A DNA stretch of 63,119 nt, filler included, from Octopus bimaculoides (GCF_001194135.2; 5 parts of 4 records of this genome joined end to end with filler, not necessarily neighbours in it), one strand, 5' to 3'. Shown: positions 11,359-24,519, numbered from the whole stretch's first letter. Notes: a model not told the origin generated them from the letters alone. Numbers and translations are program-made.

Positions 11359-11743
11359 GGTGCCGGCATGCCTTTGTGATTAAGAATCTCGATCTTAACG
11401 AACACGTGGTTTCGAGTTCAATTCTGCAGCACTGTACCTTGGGCAAGTGTCTTCTACTATATTCCGGATACACTAACCGACCAGTGCCTTGTAACCGAAT
11501 TTGGCGGATGGAAACTGCGCAGAATTTCGACGTAAATGTGTGTGTGTGTGTGTGTGTGTGTCCACAACATTCACCGTTTGACAATCGGTACTAGTTTGCT
11601 TACGTCTCTCTTACTAAGCGATTCGGCAGTGCCAAATAAATAGGAGAATGATGTTGTTCGACTAAACCCTTCAAGTTGGTGTCCCACCATAGCCGCAGTT
11701 TAATGACTGAAACAAGAGAAAGATAAAAGAAAGAGAAAAGATA
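11359..11743 (+). mobile_element. SINE family A, full length and diverged
   Basis: tRNA-like head, internal (GT)n, then a tail ending gactgaaacaagagaaagataaaaga. Confidence 0.8.
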
Positions 11744-12119
11744 TCACCAAATCCCTGGAATATTAGAATACCGACAAGTAGTGTATATTTTGAACTCCAA
11801 AGTAGATAACGCGGTGCAGTTTTCTAAGCCGGCTCTTTGAAACAGAACGATGAACAATAACCAGAACAAAAGTAAAAAAATAGGAGAAAGCTCATCAATA
11901 CTCAACTTATTAGAAACAACAGCAAAAGATTGATGCTTTAAGTTTCTTGTTGTACGCCGATCCCAGCCAAAAGGCGTCGGGGGCTTGAAGCTCCATCATT
12001 AGCCACAGTGATGGAAAGCTCATATGAAAGTTTTAATGCCCTTTTACTAATCAGAAAATAATTACTGACATACAATTCGTGAACAGGCTTTCTAAAAACG
12101 GACTTTTCTAGGATTTTTT

Positions 12120-12490
12120 AAAAAATTCAAATTACGATAAACGTAAACAAACAAACGAAGTTTGCTTTTAGAAGCGTTGAGATGTCTTATAAAGTTAAAG
12201 AAGTGATTTTAAATTCTCAAACGCATTTATCTAAGAAGTCTTTCAAAATTATTTCAAAGTCAATGGCTTTCGTAATATTTTCTATAAGATAGCATTGCCA
12301 AATTATTTAGTGTCACTTGTGAAATTGTTGATCGTGGCTGTTTTAATCAGTTTCTTCCACCTGATGCGACTGTTACAGACATTGTCTAGTAAATCCTCAA
12401 AGCAATGAAAACAATAGGAAATGTCTAATTCATCAAACGTGTGCGCGCGGCCCTCTCTTGGTGCGGGGCCCTCTCCTGGTGCGGGGCCCT
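12120..12490 (-). mobile_element. hAT transposon relic (C-terminal dimerisation domain)
   Basis: 12406 down to 12217 reads IALRIY*TMSVTVASGGR..(frameshift)..RSTISQVTLNNLAMLS-IENITKAIDFEIILKDF, matching the hATC pattern LTxPVTVASxERSFS...RSTMSQERLNNLAxLSIE. GGGCCC-containing 18-bp repeats lie next to it. Confidence 0.8.
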
Positions 12491-13732
12491 ATTTGAACAA
12501 ATCTAATTATATTCTGCCTGCAGTATATAATTACAGCCTTTTACTTAGCGGGTTCAAATTCTACGGAGGTCAGCTTTGCCTTTTCACTTTCCAGAATCGA
12601 TTAAATTATTAACTATTCCTATTAAGTATCATAAGTATAATTAGGATTATAACAGAGTACTAAGTCCAAGATTAACCGTCATTTAAAAGATATTACATTG
12701 AATAAGGTGGATAAAATAAAAGACGATGGGATAACTGTTGGAACATCATTGAATTTAAATCTGCTCGACCTGAGCTGGTCTGTGGCTAAACAATAACAAA
12801 AGCAATGGCAACAAAATTACCATTTAGTATCAAAAGTGAACAACTACCAAGAATATCTAAGAAAATTACAGTCACTGCTTGTCGTCTTTTACTTGCGTAC
12901 GCAATTTATCTTCTGTGTCACTTTGCCTCTTTTCTATGGCGGAGTTTAATTCAAAAGTAGTTACGCTACCAAACTGAACAGAATACACTAAAATCGAAGT
13001 AATTTATTTTTCTTGTAGTAGACATACGATGTCATATCATGGCCAATAAGAAAAAAATACTACAACTACTACTACTACTACTACTACTACTGCTGCTGCT
13101 GTTGCTGCCGTTGCCACTGCAAAAATCAACAACGGCGTCAACAATAGTAGCCTGCAGGCGTTTATCTGCCTGAAAATGTTGTAGTGGACAATTTATCAAA
13201 TCTGTCAATGACAGTTTGTAACTATTGTAGCTAGTTTAAGCAATTTGAATCCATTTTCAACTCCATCAACTACAGCGTTATCCTGCAGATTTCTCTATTG
13301 TCTGTACGAAGCGGTGGTCAATTTGGAGAAGCTGAGTCGACCACAATTTTGTCAAGGGTTAACGGGATTATAAAGAGTAAAAGAGAATTATTGACTGCGT
13401 GAATAAGAAATGATATTTATCTAAGGAAATGATGGCAGGAAAAAGGAAACTAAGAAATAAATAAATGAAAATAGTTATTCGATAATCAAAAGAAATAAAT
13501 GAAGGTAATTTCGAAAGTGTGTTACAGAGATATCACTACCCACCAACAGATATAGCTTGATGAAATACAATTAAAACGTCTAAGCTGTCTTTTTCCTCCC
13601 ACTTCTGTCTTTCTTTTCCCCCTTTCTTCTTCCTCTCCTCCTCCCCCAGTTTCTCACTCACTCTAAGAAATAAGTGATTACAAAGAAGGTGTAACAATCG
13701 CAGGCGGTCTGCTCCAACAATATTTTCTTTCA

Positions 13733-13960
13733 TATCTTTTATCTTTTATTTTTTTATCTGTTTCGGTCATTAGACTGCGACCATGCTGGGGCACCGCCTT
13801 CAAGAATTTTTTTTAGTCGAATGAATCGACCCCACTACTTATGTTTTTAAGCCTGTTACTTATTCTATCGGATTCTTTTTGCCGAACCGCTAAGTTACGG
13901 GGGTGTAAACAAACCAACACCGGTTGTTAAGCTGTTCTGGGATACAGACACGAAGGCACA
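13733..13960 (-). mobile_element. SINE family A, 3' half
   Basis: Reverse complement of the shared tail (gccgaaccgctaagttacggg...tttcggtcattagactgcgaccatgctggggcaccgcc). Confidence 0.8.
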
Positions 13961-14320
13961 CACGCACACAGACAGAGACTATGATGCGTACCCCTCATTT
14001 TTTGGTAAAAAAAAAAAAAGCGATGCTGAACAAGAATTGTTCGTCGCTGAAATGAACGGCCGGTCATCTGGAAAACAGAACAGTCAAGTCGTAAAAGACA
14101 GTAACTGCTTTAGCAGCAGCACCAACAGCAACAACAACAATAACGTACGTGAAGTCTATGAAAGCAATTTTTCTTTGCTTTTAACACTATTTTCGCCATC
14201 GCAGGAACAAAAGAAAACAATGACAACAAAAAGCAACAACATAAACGAGAACACTGCCACCGCCACCGCCACCGCCGATAGCAGCAGCAGACCCACCGCC
14301 ACCACTACCAACAACAATTT

Positions 14321-14562
14321 GTTGTTGGCACTCCGTCGCTTACGACGTCGAGGGTTCCAGTTGATCCGATCAACAGAATAGCCTGCTCGTGAAATTAACG
14401 TGCAAGTGGCTGAGCACTCCACAGACACGTGTACCCTTAACGTAGTTCTCGGGGATATTCAGCGTGACACAATGTGACAAGGCTGACCCTTTGAATTACA
14501 GGCACAACAGAAACAGGAAGTAAGAGTGAAAGAAAGTTGTGGGGAAAGAGTACAGCAGGGTT
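14321..14562 (-). mobile_element. tRNA-derived SINE, family C (3' part; runs into a gap)
   Basis: Nearly identical to 39946-40200; the tail ggagtgccaacaac lies within (AAC)n. Confidence 0.85.
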
Positions 14563-15526
14563 NNNNNNNNNNNNNNNNNNNNNNNNNNNNNNNNNNNNNN
14601 NNNNNNNNNNNNNNNNNNNNNNNNNNNNNNNNNNNNNNNNNNNNNNNNNNNNNNNNNNNNNNNNNNNNNNNNNNNNNNNNNNNNNNNNNNNNNNNNNNNN
14701 NNNNNNNNNNNNNNNNNNNNNNNNNNNNNNNNNNNNNNNNNNNNNNNNNNNNNNNNNNNNNNNNNNNNNNNNNNNNNNNNNNNNNNNNNNNNNNNNNNNN
14801 NNNNNNNNNNNNNNNNNNNNNNNNNNNNNNNNNNNNNNNNNNNNNNNNNNNNNNNNNNNNNNNNNNNNNNNNNNNNNNNNNNNNNNNNNNNNNNNNNNNN
14901 NNNNNNNNNNNNNNNNNNNNNNNNNNNNNNNNNNNNNNNNNNNNNNNNNNNNNNNNNNNNNNNNNNNNNNNNNNNNNNNNNNNNNNNNNNNNNNNNNNNN
15001 NNNNNNNNNNNNNNNNNNNNNNNNNNNNNNNNNNNNNNNNNNNNNNNNNNNNNNNNNNNNNNNNNNNNNNNNNNNNNNNNNNNNNNNNNNNNNNNNNNNN
15101 NNNNNNNNNNNNNNNNNNNNNNNNNNNNNNNNNNNNNNNNNNNNNNNNNNNNNNNNNNNNNNNNNNNNNNNNNNNNNNNNNNNNNNNNNNNNNNNNNNNN
15201 NNNNNNNNNNNNNNNNNNNNNNNNNNNNNNNNNNNNNNNNNNNNNNNNNNNNNNNNNNNNNNNNNNNNNNNNNNNNNNNNNNNNNNNNNNNNNNNNNNNN
15301 NNNNNNNNNNNNNNNNNNNNNNNNNNNNNNNNNNNNNNNNNNNNNNNNNNNNNNNNNNNNNNNNNNNNNNNNNNNNNNNNNNNNNNNNNNNNNNNNNNNN
15401 NNNNNNNNNNNNNNNNNNNNNNNNNNNNNNNNNNNNNNNNNNNNNNNNNNNNNNNNNNNNNNNNNNNNNNNNNNNNNNNNNNNNNNNNNNNNNNNNNNNN
15501 NNNNNNNNNNNNNNNNNNNNNNNNNN

Positions 15527-15571
<45 letters not shown>

Positions 15572-15619
15572 ATGCCTACGAAATAGGCAAAACTAGTCTA
15601 GTCTAGTGATTCTAGAGAC

Positions 15620-15770
15620 GGTCATGGGGTGGTTACCTCCCTTGTCACTGTATATATTTTGCGTTCTTCTTACAGCATTAAGCGTTTTTAACTCCTATTT
15701 CTAGCTATTTCTAGCACCTTCAGTCACATTTAGTGACGATTAAATTTTTCCTTTATGGTATTATATATAT
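15620..15770. repeat. Dispersed repeat, possibly Helentron/HINE-like; related copies at about 44020-44170 and 44380-44460
   Basis: Shared core ttttaa..ctatttctagc...gcacc.tcagt.acattta.tgacgattaaa; starts with a ggttacctcccttg-type motif. Confidence 0.45.
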
Positions 15771-15800
15771 ACACATATATATACACACACATATATATAC

Positions 15801-15831
<31 letters not shown>

Positions 15832-16232
15832 TGTATGTATGTATGTATGTATGTGTGTAGGTATGTATGTTTGTATATGTACATGCATACGTCCATACAT
15901 ACATACATGTTTACATGCATGCAAATATACATAATTCAGTTTGAAATGCAAAATGTGAGTCAAGTCACGACGACCATACGGTTTCAAGTTAAGTGCCATC
16001 CACTGTCAATTTGTTGGAAGTGTTTAAAGGAAAAATCATTGCTTAAGATTAATCTTACTCACCACCGCCTCGCACCAAGTACACTCTAATCGACAACTCC
16101 TAGACATGCGCACGCGTGCTCACAAACACACACACACACACTAATTCTCTCTCTCCCTCCTTCACCGATCTCCCTCACTCCTATCTCCTGATCTCTCTTC
16201 TCCTCTCCTCTCTCTCTCCCTCTCTCTTTCTT

Positions 16233-16272
<40 letters not shown>

Positions 16273-16587
16273 CAGTCTAACTCACCCTTGTTATTAACGA
16301 AGGCAGATTGCCTTATTGTTGAGTATTAAACATTGTCATCTCTTTGTCTCTCTCCCCCCTCCTTCCCTCATATATTTCCCCCACTCCTATTCTCTCTCCC
16401 TCTCCTTCACTCCATCACTCTCTCCTTCTCTCTCTTCCTCTCTCTCTTTATAATTTGAAATGTCATTGGCTGAGGAGAATTAAAAAAAAAAAAAACCCAA
16501 TCATATTAGCTGTCCTCAGTTATTTCACTCCGTCCTCCTCGCCATCTTTGATATTCCAGTCACGTTGCACAAGTGGTAACATTACGA

Positions 16588-16687
16588 NNNNNNNNNNNNN
16601 NNNNNNNNNNNNNNNNNNNNNNNNNNNNNNNTTAATTAATTAANNNNNNNNNNNNNNNNNNNNNNNNNNNNNNNNNNNNNNNNNNNN
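16588..16687. other. Artificial 100-bp scaffold join (44 N + TTAATTAATTAA + 44 N); identical joins at 42306-42405, 49262-49361 and 60404-60503
   Basis: The same 44+12+44 layout occurs four times; the palindromic 12-mer has a stop codon in all six frames. Confidence 0.95.
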
Positions 16688-16767
16688 TTAGTTGATTTTC
16701 AGCTAGCAAGACTTATCGTAGATGGCATAATAAGTCACACCCGGACAAGGTCGGGTTATACTGCTAG
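16688..16767 (+). mobile_element. Helitron-like 3' terminus
   Basis: GC hairpin cccggacaaggtcggg (16740-16755), followed after 8 nt by CTAG|T. Confidence 0.75.
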
Positions 16768-16974
16768 TATATATATAAATCTCAGTACCCCTCCCACGGC
16801 TCTCTTTATTTCTCATCCTCTTCTTCCGCCTCCCTTTCCCGTTTACACACATGTTTTGGCTCTAATTTTATATCCATCTGTATGTAGCTGTTAATATTTT
16901 TTTTCTTTCTCCATGTACATTAATGTATGCATGTATGTATGTATGTATGTATGTATGTATGTATGTATGTATAG

Positions 16975-17011
<37 letters not shown>

Positions 17012-17864
17012 TTCACTAGTCTATATTTCCAATCTTATAACTAGGTACACATGCATTATTTTTCGCATGTGCTTATTAGCATGTGTAATATACATATATA
17101 CATACATGCATAAATAAAAACATAAAAACATACATACATACATACATATATACATACATACATACATACATATATATGCACGTATACCTACACACACACA
17201 CAAGCTCACACACACAAACTCACACACACAGATATGACTAATTTCTATAAACGTTTCCTGATTGCTCGCGCCATCTATAACACCATTTTCAGCCTACTAC
17301 CTCATTCCATTTCTTTGTAAGTGTCCATCTTTCTTTCTGCGAAAGCCAACATTACTATTGAAATTGTTACGTATCACATTCAGTTCGTTCGATTTCATTT
17401 CGCAAATATAGGCGCTGATTATACAGGTTGAAAATATTTTATGATATTTCCTTCTTCTAATCGATTTTTGTTCTTACCTGCCAATCTACCTACCTACATA
17501 TTTGATCAACACTAGTATATGTAGTAAGGATAGAAGTCTACGGGCATACAGACAGCTAGTTATTAAATTTAATACAAGATAACAATTCCACAATCTCAGC
17601 TTCCAAAGTCTCGAGCAGTTTTGAAATATAATATGCTTAACACGTTTGTTTAAATGTACCCGCGTGCACACGCACACACGCATACACACACACATACAAA
17701 TATTTATGCTTATGAATTAATTGTAAACCTATGTGTTGCAAACAAGAGTTCTCAAAGCATTTATATTTTGTATATAATGGAGAATATGCGTCACAATAAA
17801 TAAAGGCTGCTGTACCATTAACATAACTTCCAAATACGTACAAAATATATTCAGAAGAAAGCAT

Positions 17865-18000
17865 GCATAGTGTGACTGAGAAGCTAGCTTTCGAACCATA
17901 TAGCTTTAGATTCAGTCTCACTGCGTGGCACCTTGGGCAATTGTCTTCTACTAAATTCCGAACAAAGCCTTCTGAGTGGATTTTGTAGGAATCTGCCGAG

Positions 18001-18040
<40 letters not shown>

Positions 18041-18430
18041 TGACTGATAGATAGATAGATAAATAGATAGATAGACAGATAGGAAGGAAGTTAAAAGGAT
18101 AGGATAGGATAGAAAGGAAGATAGATAGGAAGGAAGCTAAAAGAAACCTGTCATATCTATGTGTGTGGGTTTGTGTGTGTGTGTGAGTGTGTGCGTGCGC
18201 GCTTTTTGTGTGTATGTTTGTCTTTGTGCTTATGTTTGTCCGCTTTTATTTACGTCCACTATTTGTTTACGTCCTCGTAACTCAGCAGTTCAGCAAACAG
18301 ACATGATAGAAAACGTACCAAACTTAGGAAGACAACTAAGCACTGCGGTCGATTCGTTCGACTAGATCTTCCAAGGCGGTGCCCCAGCTTGGCCGCAGCC
18401 CAGTGGCTCAAAGAAGTAAAACATAAAAGA
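17865..18430 (+). mobile_element. Diverged SINE family A, split by (GATA/GACA)n and (GT)n runs
   Basis: Head ctgcgtggcaccttgggcaattgtcttctac (17921-17952) and tail aaggcggtgccccagcttggccgcag (~18373-18400). Confidence 0.7.
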
Positions 18431-18641
18431 AAATAATTCCTTCTAGAGATGTAGCATTCGACCAGCGCGCAGTTTTCTGGGAATAGTGAAGCAGGAATTA
18501 GCGAAGCAGGAATTGCACATATCTGTCTGTCCATTAATCAAGGCAAGAAACTGATTAAACTGATCTTTATCAGAGATATCTAAAGTGTGAGGAGTTGAGC
18601 TTAAAACTTTAACTTTACTTATCAATATAAAATATCCATAA

Positions 18642-18850
18642 GGCGGCGAACAGAATCTTTACCGCTCCGGAAAGAAATAATGCTTAGCAGTATTTCTTCC
18701 GACTTCACTTTTTAAGCTCAAATGCCACCAAGATCAACTTGCCTTCATCTTTTCGGGGTCGATAAAATAGTACCCGTTGAACACTGGTTGATGTAATCGA
18801 CTGAACCTCTCCTCCGAAAGGGCTGGTCTCGGATTGAAGTTTGAAAGCAA
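18642..18850 (+). mobile_element. SINE family B
   Basis: ggcggcgaacagaatc...catcttttcggggtcgataaaatagtaccc...gtttgaaagcaat. Confidence 0.8.
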
Positions 18851-19179
18851 TACAAAATATCCATCATAAAATATCCACAGGCGGTTATTAGTTGAAAAGA
18901 CGCCTTATCTCTAGGCGACAGATGGCAGTTACAAGTATGTTTATTAGAAGACTTCACTGAGATCGTTAACCACCTGTTATGTACAAATGTAAAGCTACAC
19001 GTATGCATATGTAAAAGGTTGATAGTAACAATAGAGACATTAGTCTCTCTCTATCACCTTTCAACAAATTTATTTATTAGGAATCAGTAGAACAATTAAC
19101 AACATAATAAAAATAAGTTTTATTTTGGTTATGCTTGGCTTTACAAATCCTGTGTCATTCAACCTGGCAGCTGCTAGTT

Positions 19180-19400
19180 GGCTTGTAATCGGCATCTGGA
19201 TATTAAGGGCTTCGTTGAGGTATGCCCAAGGAGCAAGTAGTTGTCACGTCGAAAGCATCGCGCTAAAGAGGGTTAGAAAACGCGCGAAGCGCTTTAAGTA
19301 CTGTTTTACTACGCATGCGCACTCGAAGCGCTTCCGGGAAGGCAAGTCCCTTGCGCATGCGTAAATTGCACTTACTTAATGGCGGCCATAATTTCACGCC
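19180..19400. promoter_or_regulatory. CpG-rich island with paired NRF1-like, ETS-like and YY1-like motifs
   Basis: ACGCATGCGCA (19311-19321) and its exact inverse TGCGCATGCGT (19352-19362) flank CTTCCGGGAAG (19331-19341). AATGGCGGCC is at 19378-19387 and CpG density is high. Confidence 0.45.
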
Positions 19401-19718
19401 ACTACACATACTATCAAAATAATAAAAAGTAAAATATAGGCAAATACAATGAAACAAACATGTATTCATGTTTGTATGCATCTATGTATACGTATGCATC
19501 ACTTTTATCTTTTACTTGTTTCAGTCATTGAACTGCGGCCATGATGGAGCTCCGCGTTGACATGTTTAGTCTACCAAATCGACACCAGTACTTACTTTTT
19601 CTTAAAGCCTTGATACTTGTTTCCAAAGTCTAATACTTATTATAACAGTTTCTTTGACCAAACTGCTAGGTTATGGGGCATAAGGAAACCGAACGTAATC
19701 GAAGTAACTCCAGCCAGC

Positions 19719-19795
19719 ACGTACACACATGCACACATGCACACATGCACACATGCACACATGCACACATGCACACATGCACACATGCACATACA
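19719..19795. repeat. (ACACATGC)n octamer repeat
   Basis: Seen directly; about 8-9 units. Confidence 0.9.
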
Positions 19796-19957
19796 TATGG
19801 ATAGTGCCTTAACACAAAATATATATGAAGGCAAAAAATTCGAAACAACATTCACCACTCTTCTTGTAGAAGTATAATATATATACTCTACAAAAGTATG
19901 GATTAACCCTTCAATTTAATGCAAAATTGTCATTGCTATTACTCAACATACACACAA

Positions 19958-20006
<49 letters not shown>

Positions 20007-20121
20007 AAATATATACACGCTTAGATATCTAAGATACATATATGTACATATAATATATATACATATGTATGTATGTGTATATTTATGTATATATATATTA
20101 TATATATATGTTTATATGTAA

Positions 20122-20160
<39 letters not shown>

Positions 20161-20225
20161 CATATATATAAATGCACACAAACATACGCAGGTACGTACA
20201 AGCGCATAGATATGTGTATGCAGCG

Positions 20226-20269
<44 letters not shown>

Positions 20270-20759
20270 TGTAATATAATAAATATACACACGCACACCT
20301 ATTCTCAATACACACATATGCACACGAATACATTCTTGCAGATAACACGATATACGGAAATCATTCTTGACGATTATTATGCTAGATAGCATTAAGACAA
20401 ATTTGACAGAACCACTTCACAACGGAACCTGAACAGGATGTCACGTGAGGTGTATGTGACTCTCGTCAATGTGCCCGTGACAAGCAATAATTATTTATCA
20501 GATTTTTTTGATCAACCAGCACTCTATCTTTTCCTCTGCACTTACTCTAATATACACGCTGAACACTGACACATACACGTTTAGGTGCACAGAACTATGT
20601 AACTCAAAAAGCCTATAGTTACACAGAGACACAAACAGGAAGATAATATCTGGAAAGTAAAGAAAATATCCGTTGGCAAAACTCTCGTTTGGCGTAGTTG
20701 TATCTTTTCGCAAGTTTGATAAGGTATAATACACATGCGCACACACACATGTATACATA

Positions 20760-20820
<61 letters not shown>

Positions 20821-21532
20821 AATGTGTGTGTGCGTGTATACATATACGTGTGTATATATAGGTGAGTGTGTGTGTGTGCGTGTGTGCACGTGTATATATG
20901 TTGTTTAATGTCGAACGAATAAGAAAGGAGTGCTCAATTCATGTAGAGGATATGGGTTTAATAGAATTTGAAGTTATGAATTTATCTCTCGACTTGAGTT
21001 TCATGCCACTGCGATCTTTAATGCCTTTCATACGTGCGCGCGCGCTCATGTATATTATATATGCATATTTATTCATATATTCAAGGTAAACATATTCGCA
21101 TATCCGACCATAACCTGTTCGATCAGCATTTTGATGAAGAAGAAATCATCTGCTAAAGAATGCAATCAACAAATATACAGATTCCTTAGGAAATATGTAT
21201 CATGCTATTTTTCTCATATATTACAAATATATGTATCGTATACAAAGGTATACGAAGGTGTATGAAGCACTTTTAGCACATTTCTGGGTTTCTCTTGCCA
21301 CAAAATGGCCCCACCGCCCAAAAAAAAACAATACATACTGATATAAGAATATATATGTGTACATATGTGTCTTTGTATGTATATATATATATAGACATAT
21401 ATTGTTTCTTTTAGGCACTTTTGGTTAAATATATGTTATGTCACAATACTACACAGTGGCTGTGTGAGCAACGAAATCCTCGTCGCCACTGTTATGTCTC
21501 AAGCTACTGCTATCTAGCACCTTCGGATGATC

Positions 21533-21605
21533 TCTACTCAACCGCTACACAACTGCTACTCGACTGCTACTCAACAGCTACTCGATCGCTACTCAAGACG
21601 CCTAC
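21533..21605. repeat. 11-bp minisatellite (GCTACTCRACT-like), about 6 copies
   Basis: gctacacaact gctactcgact gctactcaaca gctactcgatc gctactcaaga. Confidence 0.75.
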
Positions 21606-21697
21606 CACGGCCAGACTACCTCTATTTATATGTCTTGGGAGATCCTACTTAGTGTAATCCAGGTATTCAGCTATCATAGGGGAGATAGTTCTTTCTA

Positions 21698-21907
21698 CGA
21701 GGGCGTGTTGAAACGTTCCTGTATTTTCTATACAGGAGGATCAGTTAATAATTAGGAATTTTAATCAATATATTCCGCTATCAGATTCACACACTTATTG
21801 CAGCAGTCCTTCAGCTTTCTAAGTCCTGTAAAAGGATGCGGAAAGATAGGCCTCCGACCAGGTTTTCGTGATACCCTTAAAGACAGGAACTCTTCAGCAA
21901 CCTCTCG
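21698..21907. mobile_element. Mariner-derived MITE (210 bp)
   Basis: TA|cgagggcgtgttgaaacgttcctg ... caggaactcttcagcaacctctcg|TA, i.e. degenerate ~24-bp TIRs with a TA duplication. A related fragment is at about 52212-52275. Confidence 0.75.
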
Positions 21908-22006
21908 TAGATTGAGTTGAGGTGGGTTTGGATGTTTGAAATTTAATTGAAAAAGTAAAGAAGGCGTACAGAATATGCACATTTAATATTTATTGTTTTC
22001 TTATAA

Positions 22007-22220
22007 AGTGGCGAGATGGCAGAATCGTTAGCACATTGGACAAAATTCATAGCGGCATTTCGTCCGTCTTCACGTTCTGAGTTCAAATTCCACCGCGGTC
22101 TACTTTGTATTTCATCCTTTCGGTGTCGATAAAGTCAGTTCCTGGTGAACACTAGGGTCGTTGTAATCGACTTACCCCTCCCCAGACATTGCTAGCCTTG
22201 TGCCAAAATTTGAAAGCAAT
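22007..22220 (+). mobile_element. SINE family B (CpGs retained)
   Basis: tggcagaatcgttagc...ttcatcctttcggtgtcgataaag...gtaatcgact. Confidence 0.85.
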
Positions 22221-24519
22221 ATTTCTTTTTCCTACATATTATAAATTCCAGTCATTAATAGTTATGTGTAGTACTATATCGCCCTTCTTTGGAATCGTCA
22301 GTACAATAGAACATGAGGCAAAGTAAATTAAGCTAAAGTAAACATTTTTGAGGATTTGACAATTCTTTAAAAAACAAAAAGAAAAAAATTGTTAATCACA
22401 TATGAAGGAACTAAAGGGAAAAATACAAACAAGAGTGATTTAGTGCTAGGAGACTCCTGGGAGCTTGCCACACTGTCATTCCATCATTCACTTCCAGTGA
22501 GATGTTTTTGTTTTAATCTGAAGTCAAATCTGATCAAGGAGATCCCTAAGATCAAAGGTGTGCCAGACATGACGGTACGTTGTTATTTAACCCCCAAGTT
22601 AATCACGATGGAGCTAGCTGACCTATTATCAAAGGCGTTGCAGCCATGACCATACTGTCTAATTCCAGGTCAACCTTAATCGAGTACACCTATTATTAAA
22701 AGCTAGCGGGACCCGTGAATATTTCCCGGAATTAGCCCAGAGCAGCATGGACAGAGCAGAGCAATGAGCAAATGCGTTTAAGCTCTGCCTTTATTTTCAG
22801 TACTGTATGTCTAAGTCATCAACGTCCACTGTGCAATCCTCCCTTTTAAAGACAATAGTGTATGATTTGAGAGCCAGTTAGATACTATTTCTAGCAGGTC
22901 GAACGAGATTCTGTCACTGGTCGTCCAATGAAACATAGAGTACTATATACGAAATATTTGATTTAACATCAATTTTATTGTTGTTTTCTTCCATATATTA
23001 CAATATTCTCTACTATTTTCACAGTTTTTATATGCATTTTTCCTTTCAAGAAAATAATCTGTTCACTTATTTTCCTTCTTACACTATCTACATATTCAAT
23101 GGTAAATTTAGCGATTTCAATACCGTTATTGTTATTGCTGTTTTTCTTTTATTTTCGCTCATATTTTACTTCTGCTACTAAAACATCACTTTTACTCTCG
23201 TCCTTCTATAACTTTTTCTCCTCCTCCTTCTCTAGTCATCATCTGCGTCTTCTTTCCGTTTACTCCCCCCCCCCCATTTTTTTTTAGATAATATATTGGC
23301 TTACTTGAAGATATATTGTATTGTTCATATACAGTTCCGATTCTTTCCATTCATTATTCCTTTATTTCACAAACACACATACACTTATAAACGTATAAAT
23401 ATAGTTACGTATTAATGTATAAACACAAGAATATACAGACTAAGAACTATACATACACACATATACATACATATATACAGGTATCTAAACATACATATAT
23501 ACATACATACGCACACATACAAATGTGTGTGCGTAAGTGCAAATCTGTGTACGTATACGATAAGATTGCATAAAAGAAATCAATAAAAAGGCTTCGATTT
23601 CTTCAATAATGCAATATATGCCGTCAGTCTGGAACCATGCTTCTTTCTGCAAGTCTTTGCCACTTCACAATTCTTACAATCACAACAAACGTCTCTACCA
23701 CAACCGCTGCCACTATCGCCATCTCCAACAGCAACACTATCCATCACCATCACCACCATTACTGTGATCCACATCATCATATTCTACGTCATCACAACGA
23801 AGCCAATAACGACATCTCTATTAACCGAGTAACCAAATATCTTTTAAGTTCTATACGCTACCATTTTAAACACGGACAATACATATTCGATAATGTATAG
23901 TCCTGCATAGATAGTAAAATGGCAAGATAGTCATGGTTGGAATGCCTTTGATTATAGGTCAGCTCCATCAGTGTTGACCTATGTTGAACAACATCATTGT
24001 TATCAAAACTACGAGCCGTAGCACGCTTTTGTATGCATCTTATAACTTACTATCTGTGGGTTTGTTTCAGCCTAGGCTACTTGGTTCAGGCTACTTGGTT
24101 CAATTCATCTTAGGAATCAGAGAATCTAGAAACGTTATCAGCTACAGAATACTTGTTTAACCAGCGAAAGATTTACTTTTCAACTGCATAATGCCCAAAA
24201 CACCCAAGCTAAATCAGTCCTTAAAAGTCCCTTTGGGCCTGGGTGACACTTATTTTCACTCTTTTATACAAATGTCATCGCCTATTTGTCCATCGACTAT
24301 TGTTTTAATTTGCGAGGGATTTAAATTTCAACTGTATAATGCCCAACACGCCCTAACTAAGACAGTTTTTAATAGCCTCTTTGGCCTGGGCGACATTTAT
24401 TTGCAATTCTTTTAATGTCACTGCTCATCTGTCTAGAAAACGTTGTTTTAGTCATTAAACTCTAGAAAGAATTTTGTCTTCTCATTTCTTTCCCTTGTCT
24501 TCCTTCCATATCCCATCAT

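Noticed and set aside
14526-15606. Long ORFs of 200-360 aa here and at 38967-40049, 53522-54405 and 61743-62465
   Set aside because: These are almost entirely N-gap translated as X.
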